NCBI GenBank assembly: GCA_016927185.1 | Contig: JAFGND010000101.1 | Location: forward strand, 1-43,075 | DNA: 43,075 nt | DNA from: Candidatus Coatesbacteria bacterium | Lineage (GTDB): Bacteria > JAFGND01 | Direction of reading: 5' to 3' | In this document: positions 35,789-43,075 of the stretch, piece by piece | Layout: each line of letters opens with the position of its first letter | Position numbering within the stretch: position 1 is the first letter of the stretch | Notes under the pieces: model-generated | The model's database searches: none | What the model saw: the letters and a program-made list of their open reading frames with translations, nothing else | What the model was told of the DNA's origin: nothing | Program-made: the position numbers and the translations under genes

Positions 35789-35937
35789 CTCCCTATCCTT
35801 GGAATAAAATCAAAAATGCCGTATATTTTAATTGACAACTTATTCAAAATATAATGTGTGAAATTCAAACATTATTGAATGAGTTTCGCAATCATTTTAT
35901 AGAAGCGAAATTTTAGTCAATAGAATAGAGGTTTGAA

Positions 35938-37488
35938 ATGAGAAAAATATTAACTGTCATACTCTTAAGCACATTATTGCTGCATTCGATTCAGGGACAA
36001 TCCCAGGAAGACAGGACTTTCAATATTCTGTACAGCAGAATTCTTCAGATGAGAGCTTTAATAACACTTGGTGCGAATGACAAGGCAATGGAACTTGCAA
36101 AGAAAACAAATTCACTGGCTCACTGGGTAAATACTCCATGGATTATTCGCTCTTTTTATCAGACTTATGGAAGTATAGCAGAGAATCAGGATCTCTCGAC
36201 TGAAGAGATAGCAACTATTTATAATGAGGGACTGAAGGTACTAAAACGAATTGATAAGCTAGAGCCTAATAATGAGATAAAAGTCAAGGACATAAAGGAA
36301 GAACTTGGCAATATGAATGTATATCTTGGTCAGCTTTATGAAAAGAAGAGCGAGAATGAAAAGGCTTATGAATTCTATAATACTGCCATTGCTGAGGATG
36401 ATGAAAATTCTTATGCATACAGGGTAATGTCTACAATGCTTGCAAAGAATGGGAAAGTGGATGAAGCAATCAAGCTGCTGGAAAAAGGAGGGAGCATAAT
36501 ACTTCCCAGGGATAAGGAGAAATCTGCCAGACTATTCAATCTTGCAGGAGTTAAAGCAGTTGATGCAAGGAAATATCAGGAAAGCATAGATCTTTTCAGG
36601 AAAGCAATAGGAATATATTCAGAAGAACCGGTATTTTATACAAATCTTGGATTTTCTTATGGGCAGCTGAAGTTTTTTCAGAAGCAGGAAGAGATTTTGA
36701 TAAATGCTTACAACTATTTCAGGAAGAAAAACAAGGATAAGTCTGCCAATCTTGCTTATAATCTGGAAGAATATTATATTAGCCAGGAAAGCAGTGAAAA
36801 AGCACTTATTTATGGAAGGATTGCTATAAATGAAGCTCCTGACAGTCTTATCTACAGGATAAAGCTGGGAGAATATCTACAGAAAATAAAGAAATATGAT
36901 GCAGCAATTGATTTATATCAATCAGGAACAGATTACTATATGAAGAAGGAAAACAAGTATTCTGCCGCAAACATGATTAACAGGAAAGGTCTGGTTTATT
37001 TTGAACAGGGAAAGAACAAGGAAGCAATAGATGCAATTTACAAAGCAATTAATCTGAATCCCTATAAGGCAGTATACTATACAAACCTGGCTTATATTTA
37101 CAACAAGCAGAAGGACTATGGATATGCAATAAGTGCTCTTCAATCAGGGATAAATACCCTGTCAATAAGCGACAAGAGAAGTACTGCTGAGATGCTCTAT
37201 ATGCAGGCTGGCATTTTTATTGAAATGAATGATTATGAAAGCGCATTGAATTCTGCAATGAAAGCATTAAATAATTACAAGCTGAGAGGTGATTATTATC
37301 TCAGACTCGGTACTATTTATGAGAAATTGAACAAAAAGGACGAGGCAATGAAAATATATAAGCTTGGTGTGAAAACTCTGCAAAACAGTTCCATTGACAT
37401 TCCTGAAGAACTTCAAAAAAAGGCTGATGGAAAAGAGCACAATGAGGAAAATCAAAAAGATGCAGCTGAACTGGAGAAGGATAAATAA
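35938..37488 (+). CDS. Secreted tetratricopeptide-repeat protein
   Basis: Signal peptide followed by multiple TPR-like units (YTNLG, YRIKLGE, YTNLAY, YLRLGT). Confidence 0.88.
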   Translation: MRKILTVILLSTLLLHSIQGQSQEDRTFNILYSRILQMRALITLGANDKAMELAKKTNSLAHWVNTPWIIRSFYQTYGSIAENQDLSTEEIATIYNEGLKVLKRIDKLEPNNEIKVKDIKEELGNMNVYLGQLYEKKSENEKAYEFYNTAIAEDDENSYAYRVMSTMLAKNGKVDEAIKLLEKGGSIILPRDKEKSARLFNLAGVKAVDARKYQESIDLFRKAIGIYSEEPVFYTNLGFSYGQLKFFQKQEEILINAYNYFRKKNKDKSANLAYNLEEYYISQESSEKALIYGRIAINEAPDSLIYRIKLGEYLQKIKKYDAAIDLYQSGTDYYMKKENKYSAANMINRKGLVYFEQGKNKEAIDAIYKAINLNPYKAVYYTNLAYIYNKQKDYGYAISALQSGINTLSISDKRSTAEMLYMQAGIFIEMNDYESALNSAMKALNNYKLRGDYYLRLGTIYEKLNKKDEAMKIYKLGVKTLQNSSIDIPEELQKKADGKEHNEENQKDAAELEKDK

Positions 37489-38993
37489 TGAAAATAAAAA
37501 GAGCATTGATTTCAGTATGGGACAAGACAGGTATTGTTGAGTTAGCCAAATTCTTGAACGACAAGGGAATAGAGATAATAGCATCAGGAGGGACAGCAGA
37601 GGAACTTTTAAAAGCAGGATTGTCAATAACTGAAGTCTCTTGCTTCACTAAGAGCCCTGAAATGCTTGAAGGCAGGGTAAAAACTCTTCATCCAAGCATT
37701 CATGGAGGAATTCTCCGGAAAAGAGATGTTCCATGTAAATGCGATGCAGAAAAGAACCTCAAGGACATTGATTTGGTGATAGTAAATCTTTATCCCTTCA
37801 GGAAGATGGCAGATGCAGCACTTAATGAAACGGATCTCATTGAATATATTGATATAGGAGGTCCAGCTCTTCTGAGGGCAGCTGCAAAGAATTACAGATT
37901 TGTTGTAGTTTTGTCAAGCATTTCACAGTATCATGATTTCATGGAAAACCTGAAGAAAGACAGGATTGAGATAGATTACAGGAAGAAACTGGCTTCAAAA
38001 GCTTTTGAGCTAACTGCCAATTATGACCTCGAGATAATGTCTTTCCTGTCAGGTGTTAAGTCACTTGAGCTAGTTCCTCAGTTTGGAGAAATATCTCTGG
38101 ATTTGAAGTATGGAGAGAATCCATCACAATCTGCGATTCTTTACAGGAACATCTCATCAAGCCTTGGAATAGAGAAACTTTCAGAAGCACAGCTCAGTTA
38201 TAACAATTATCTTGATATTGACAGTGCACTATTGCTGCTTTCGGAATTCGAAGAACCTGCATGTGTAATAGTGAAGCATGGCAATCCTTGCGGAGTTGGA
38301 ATTGGCAACAATATAACTGATGCATTCCAGAAAGCCAGGGATACTGATATTCAGGCATGGTTTGGCGGAATAATTGCAGTCAACAGGGAGATAGACAATT
38401 CTTTTGCGGATGAGCTTAAGGGGAAATTCGTTGAAGTTATAATAGCATCATCATTTGAAGAGGAGGCATTATCTAGGTTAAGGAAGAGAAGCAACAGGAG
38501 AATTATCAGATATAATCCTTCTTCCTTGAAACAGCATGCAATTATCAGAAGCACAAATCTTGGAATACTTTCGCAATCCCCTATGGTTACGAAAGCTATT
38601 AAATGGGAAGTAGTTACGAAAAGGAAACCAGACGAAGAGGAAATGGCAGCTATGAAATTTGCATGGAAAATAGTTCCTTATGTAAAAAGCAATGCAATCG
38701 TTATTACATCAGTTGACAGGACATTCGGTATTGGAGCAGGTCAGATGAGCAGGATAGATTCTACGTTGATAGCAATCAGCAAGAAGAATGGCATGGAAAA
38801 AACAGATAAGGCACTAGCTTTAGCATCAGATGGACTTTTTCCTTTTGCAGATTCCATTGAGGAAGCAGTCAGGGAAGGTATAAAGGCTGTTGTTCAACCA
38901 GGTGGCAGCAAGAATGACTTTGAAGTCATAGAAAAAGCTGATGATTTGGGGATTGCAATGATTTTCACTGAACAGAGAGTCTTCAGGCATTAA
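37488..38993 (+). CDS. purH: Bifunctional AICAR transformylase / IMP cyclohydrolase
   Basis: RALISVWDK, GRVKTLHP, IDIGGP, LKYGENP, KHGNPCG, GAGQMSRIDS, ASDG, QPGGS and terminal FRH motifs. Confidence 0.97.
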   Translation: MKIKRALISVWDKTGIVELAKFLNDKGIEIIASGGTAEELLKAGLSITEVSCFTKSPEMLEGRVKTLHPSIHGGILRKRDVPCKCDAEKNLKDIDLVIVNLYPFRKMADAALNETDLIEYIDIGGPALLRAAAKNYRFVVVLSSISQYHDFMENLKKDRIEIDYRKKLASKAFELTANYDLEIMSFLSGVKSLELVPQFGEISLDLKYGENPSQSAILYRNISSSLGIEKLSEAQLSYNNYLDIDSALLLLSEFEEPACVIVKHGNPCGVGIGNNITDAFQKARDTDIQAWFGGIIAVNREIDNSFADELKGKFVEVIIASSFEEEALSRLRKRSNRRIIRYNPSSLKQHAIIRSTNLGILSQSPMVTKAIKWEVVTKRKPDEEEMAAMKFAWKIVPYVKSNAIVITSVDRTFGIGAGQMSRIDSTLIAISKKNGMEKTDKALALASDGLFPFADSIEEAVREGIKAVVQPGGSKNDFEVIEKADDLGIAMIFTEQRVFRH

Positions 38994-39119
38994 CCGCAAG
39001 CTATTTTCTTTTCTTTCAACAAATTCTTCTTGTTATAATGGAAAAATGATAAAATATTCGAATTTTCAATAAACTTGACAGAAATTACATATTTCTGAAT
39101 AGGGCTAAGCAGTTTATAA

Positions 39120-40457
39120 ATGGCAGTAGAAACTTTTTTTGTAGGTGACCATCCATTTTTCTATCCTGCTGCACTGCGTGCAAAGCAACTAGGTCATCAT
39201 GTATCTTTCTACAAGACAAAGCAATACAAGCCTTTCGGTTTTCTGAATAAAAGCCTTCCATATCCTCCATGTTATATTATTGGACTCCATGAAATCCTCA
39301 AGATAATCAATAAGACGTCAATATCTGTTTCTGATTTGCCTGACTTCGCACTAATGCGACCTATGGTTGAGATATATGAGGAAGATGAAGATCCTTTATC
39401 ATGGCATGATATATTGGTTTTCTCTGATGACAACAAGTATAATCCTCATTTTTATGAATATCTTGAAGAAGCAAGCAATGCAATAAATCTCTGGAATGAT
39501 CTTCTCGGTTTTCCGCAGGGAGAATTGAAAAAGAAGGAAAAATCTATACTCAGGAAAATGAGTTTCCAGTCAGAAAGATATGAATTATGGTTTGATTACC
39601 TGAAGGAATTCTTAGGTTCTGAAATCTGGACCAAGGCAGCAATATTTCTTGCTCTTTTTTCCTGCGATACTCCATTCTACTGGAATAATTCAGTTGGGAT
39701 CTTGCCTGCATTGATGTTCTCCAAGGGAGCGTGGAGATTTACTTCAAATGTAGATGATTACTTCACCTTCTGGAAGGAATGCCTTGCAACCGAAGGGATA
39801 GAAATAAAAGAGCATTCCATGTTGAATGAAGTGAACAAGGACAGGGGAAAATATTATCTCAGTATTGATGAAGAAATAAAACCATTTCATTTTGCATTCA
39901 TATCTCAGGATCCAAGATTTATGAAAGTGGAGGAAGAACTTGTCAATCTCCCTGAAAATGCCTCATCTTATGCAGTAGCCTGTTTCACATTGAAGGAATC
40001 TATTGATGCACCTTTTCATAACCTTTTTCTTTCTAAGGATTTCAAGAATAAATGGGGAAGCATGCTTATGGGAAAGGATTATTCAATTTCCTTCCAGGCT
40101 TTCAATTACCGGGAAGAAAGGATTGTTCTTGTAATGATTCCTCTCCCTGCACTTACTGTCGATCTGAAAGAAAGATTCGAGAGAGAAAGAGTTGTTAGAG
40201 GAGTGAAAGACAGATTGAGCTCTGTTTTCAGCGAGTTTGAAGGCAATCTGGTAGAGGAAGACTGGGTATTCCCGTCCGAACTGCATTACCAGTTCAAAAT
40301 TTACAGGGGAATAATTGAAAGAGCTGAATTTCCGTATCTTTCCTCACCACAACAAGAAAAAACCAGATGCACTTTTTTCCCTCCATCTCTTTACACTGGT
40401 TGCCTTAACCTGACGCCTCTCTACAGAATATTGCAGATACTGGAGACAGGCTTATGA
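39120..40457 (+). CDS. Degenerate phytoene-desaturase (CrtI)-like fold protein
   Basis: The segment order resembles CrtI-family oxidoreductases but the GxGxxG motif is absent (see findings). Confidence 0.55.
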   Translation: MAVETFFVGDHPFFYPAALRAKQLGHHVSFYKTKQYKPFGFLNKSLPYPPCYIIGLHEILKIINKTSISVSDLPDFALMRPMVEIYEEDEDPLSWHDILVFSDDNKYNPHFYEYLEEASNAINLWNDLLGFPQGELKKKEKSILRKMSFQSERYELWFDYLKEFLGSEIWTKAAIFLALFSCDTPFYWNNSVGILPALMFSKGAWRFTSNVDDYFTFWKECLATEGIEIKEHSMLNEVNKDRGKYYLSIDEEIKPFHFAFISQDPRFMKVEEELVNLPENASSYAVACFTLKESIDAPFHNLFLSKDFKNKWGSMLMGKDYSISFQAFNYREERIVLVMIPLPALTVDLKERFERERVVRGVKDRLSSVFSEFEGNLVEEDWVFPSELHYQFKIYRGIIERAEFPYLSSPQQEKTRCTFFPPSLYTGCLNLTPLYRILQILETGL

Positions 40458-40957
40458 TTTCTTCATATATGAATCAAAATCTGATAAAGCTGGAATTAGA
40501 GACAGTTGAGAATATGCAACTGGATGATGAAGAAAGAATGAAGCCGAAGATTATCCAGGCAATAAAATTCAGCGTGCTTGAGGAATTGGTGGATCTTGTA
40601 ATTATAACTGAAGATGTAAAGAACAGGAAAAGGCTTCTGACTGATATCTGGAACAGGGAAAAAAGAGATACTACTGGCATAGGAAGAGGAGTGGCAATTC
40701 CACATGTGAGAAGCAAGACCATGGATGGAACATATGTCGTAATAGCAAGATCAACTCCGGGGCTTCCTTTTGAATCACGCGATGAAATGCCTTGCCATGC
40801 CTTTTTTGGAGTATTCGGCAATTATTTCAATCCAAGATTATATCTGGAGATTTACAAAGATATAGTTCAGATAAGCCAGTATGATGATTTCATGAAAAGA
40901 TTTTTGAAGGCAGAATCAGTACAGGATATTTTTGTCCTTATTCAGGAATTTGAGTAG
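40454..40957 (+). CDS. PTS EIIA type-2 (Ntr/fructose-like) protein
   Basis: REKRDTTGIGRGVAIPHVR phospho-His motif. Confidence 0.9.
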   Translation: MISSYMNQNLIKLELETVENMQLDDEERMKPKIIQAIKFSVLEELVDLVIITEDVKNRKRLLTDIWNREKRDTTGIGRGVAIPHVRSKTMDGTYVVIARSTPGLPFESRDEMPCHAFFGVFGNYFNPRLYLEIYKDIVQISQYDDFMKRFLKAESVQDIFVLIQEFE

Positions 40958-41270
40958 CACTGCTTTCCATGTTTATCCAGTCAAGGAATGATGCAGAACC
41001 TCCATCTATCCTGAAATATACTAGTGCAGGAACTTCATAAGGATGCTCTTTTCTGAAAAGTTTCTCTATTTCATTGAAATTGCTTTCAACCGATTTCATT
41101 ACTGCAGTTATTTCATCTGATTCTTCAATCCTGTCCTTCCACCAATAAGAACTTTTCATTTTCCAGTAATTAATGCAGGCAATCAGATGCTTTTCAAGGA
41201 GCAATCCTGTAATCTTCTTCAAACTTTCTTCATCAGGGAAAGTGCAATATATAATAATTTCGTTGTTCAT
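40938..41270 (-). CDS. cutA: Divalent-cation tolerance protein CutA
   Basis: LIACIN, SSYWWK and HPYEVP motifs. Confidence 0.93.
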   Translation of the reverse strand: MNNEIIIYCTFPDEESLKKITGLLLEKHLIACINYWKMKSSYWWKDRIEESDEITAVMKSVESNFNEIEKLFRKEHPYEVPALVYFRIDGGSASFLDWINMESSATQIPE

Positions 41271-41278
41271 AAGTTTTC

Positions 41279-42904
41279 CTATGGGAATAATGTGACATCA
41301 ATATTAGTGGTTGCTATACCGGATTTTACTACTACAACTCCCCTGTAGCTTCCAAAAGATTCTCCCACGTCAAGCTTGCCGTTCTTGTTATTGTCTATGA
41401 AGGCATTGACAGTATAAATTCCTGCAGGAACCTTTTTTATCTCGTAAGGTCCTGGTTTGGATATTGTCGTTGTCATTGTCCAGCCACTTCCCTTTGAAAG
41501 GGAAATCACTATTGGTGCATTGATTGCTCTGTAAATTATGCTTCCTGAGAAACTACCAGGTTCCTCTGAGACTTCAGTTGTGAAAGTACTCTGGAAAGGT
41601 TTATCCATTTTCCAGCCTCTGTAATCAACAAGGCTTGTGTCTATATTGATTACATACTGGATTTTTGATGAAAGTGGGTAGTTGGGAGTGAATATTGCAC
41701 GTAAAGGGTGAGGAAAAGACCATTTGCCGAATACCGTCTCAGTACCTGCTTGTGCCTTCAGGGTAAATGCTTTCTGTAGAGATTCCCTGTCAAACTCCCT
41801 GTTTAAATAAATCGTAATACTGTCTCTTATGCTTACAGCTGCTTTGCCTGCCGAAGGTTCAATTTTGCTCACTTTCAAAAAGGTTGAATCAATGCTCTCG
41901 TTTGATTCAAATTCCGCTACAAGGTTTTTTCCAATATTTTTGGAAATATCCTCAGCATATTTGCAGTAAATCTTGTATTTTTTCTTTGCATCAAGAGTTT
42001 CGGTTCTGAAATACCATTCCCTGGTTTTTGCCTCTGCATTAAAAAAAGTGTATATTTTTGCAGTTTTTGTTGAGTCTTCAGAAGGAGAGATTCTCCAGTT
42101 TGCTTCATTTTTCAGACTATCAAGTTTTATTTCCTCATCAAACTTCACAATTAAGTTTTCCCTGTCTGATGATATGACAGTTCCTATCTTGGGTGGAATA
42201 GTATCGAAAACTGTAAGTTCCAGATCCAGGGCTTCTCTGTTCCCTGTAGTTATATCCAGGACCTGGGAAATCCCTGGCTCTCTTGTATCACTGTATTTCT
42301 GGTTGTTATCTATATCCAGGAATGCCTCTATTTTGTATCTGTCTTTTGCAAGATATTTGAAGAAGAATGTTCCGGTAGAATCTGTTGTTGTAGTATAAAT
42401 TATGGTTGAATCCTGCATTGAAGTCAGATTAACTCGACCAAGTTTAAGCTGGTTTGCTTCAGCAAGTTTCCAGATGAGTGTTCCTGAAATGATTCCGTCA
42501 GCAAGAGATTTTCCAGTAGAAAAAACCAGTATGAATTGTGAAGTTAAAGGGTTTCCCTGCAAATCTCTTGCATTCGTATTCATATTGATTATGTAAGTCT
42601 GGTTTTCAGAATAAGGCTTGGTTGGTTCAAGAATAAGGGTAGTTCCCTTCCATCCCTTTACCTTGAAGAAATTAGGTGGAATGAATGACAATGCCTCTTT
42701 AACAGTTCTCTCAGACATATCTTCAGAAAATGTAATAAGCACTTCCTTGCCTTTGAATCTGGTTGTCTTGTGCTCTGGAACAGTCTCCGTTATTTTGGGA
42801 GCCTTTTTGTCTTCAGGGCCTCCTCCCGGGTATTCCATCTTGGCACAGGAAAAGAGGAGTATCAATAAATAGAGGGAGAGGATTAATACTATTGCTTTTA
42901 ACAT
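41279..42904 (-). CDS. Lipoprotein with repeated bacterial Ig-like (Big_5-type) domains
   Basis: FSCA lipobox followed by PGGGPEDKKAP; ITFSE and VKFDE motifs; Dx[DN]xNG-like loops (DIDNNQKY, DNNKNGKLD). Confidence 0.88.
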   Translation of the reverse strand: MLKAIVLILSLYLLILLFSCAKMEYPGGGPEDKKAPKITETVPEHKTTRFKGKEVLITFSEDMSERTVKEALSFIPPNFFKVKGWKGTTLILEPTKPYSENQTYIINMNTNARDLQGNPLTSQFILVFSTGKSLADGIISGTLIWKLAEANQLKLGRVNLTSMQDSTIIYTTTTDSTGTFFFKYLAKDRYKIEAFLDIDNNQKYSDTREPGISQVLDITTGNREALDLELTVFDTIPPKIGTVISSDRENLIVKFDEEIKLDSLKNEANWRISPSEDSTKTAKIYTFFNAEAKTREWYFRTETLDAKKKYKIYCKYAEDISKNIGKNLVAEFESNESIDSTFLKVSKIEPSAGKAAVSIRDSITIYLNREFDRESLQKAFTLKAQAGTETVFGKWSFPHPLRAIFTPNYPLSSKIQYVINIDTSLVDYRGWKMDKPFQSTFTTEVSEEPGSFSGSIIYRAINAPIVISLSKGSGWTMTTTISKPGPYEIKKVPAGIYTVNAFIDNNKNGKLDVGESFGSYRGVVVVKSGIATTNIDVTLFP

Positions 42905-43075
42905 GATTGCCCAAAGAGACTGGCTTTGTTTTTAAGTCAAGGCAGAAATCCTTCACATGATTGGAGAAGGACTGAGGATGAGGAGTAAATAAGGCAGAGA
43001 AGGAATTTTTCTATATATAATTTTCCTCCTCAAATAATTATAAGGAAAACCTTAGATAATGATTTACTGATAAGA

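Noticed and set aside
41973-42398. 141-aa + strand ORF and the other short track ORFs nested in longer genes
   Set aside because: Antisense or alternate-frame shadows of well-supported genes.
42953-43029. Strong minus-strand SD (GGAGG) followed by ATA-YRKIPSLPYLLLILSPSPIM-stop
   Set aside because: It could be a decayed signal-peptide gene start, but it has no canonical start codon and only 21 codons; the support is insufficient.

Overview
AT-rich bacterial chromosomal segment with about 38 protein genes. I recognised no rRNA, tRNA, CRISPR array or transposase. The housekeeping backbone includes dnaN-recF-dciA (with no adjacent dnaA or gyrB), recO, gltX, xseA/xseB, nadD, purH, cobO, cutA, mntP, a Nudix hydrolase, a MATE transporter, DUF58, an M20 peptidase and a PTS EIIA protein. 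Several glycosyltransferases and lipoproteins are also present. T9SS-type C-terminal sorting domains and a Big_5-type lipoprotein suggest an FCB-group or related candidate-phylum organism (inference). The most striking element is a family of four secreted 8-bladed PQQ-like beta-propeller genes, three in tandem at 24.2-28.1 kb (one frameshifted) and one at 31.0-32.3 kb. They are built from about 120-bp repeats with a near-constant framework and two hypervariable Tyr/Trp/Asp-rich loops, and they show sequence exchange between blades and between genes, consistent with a recombination-diversified binding-protein repertoire. Other notable items: a histidine kinase with a degenerate ATP-binding domain that appears to be driven by a sigma-54 promoter with a tandem palindromic enhancer and a possibly leaderless start; a CrtI-like protein lacking its FAD motif; a large orphan protein with an STI1-like tail; and a probable deletion scar near 1.4-1.6 kb. 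All calls come from reading motifs by eye; no database searches were run.
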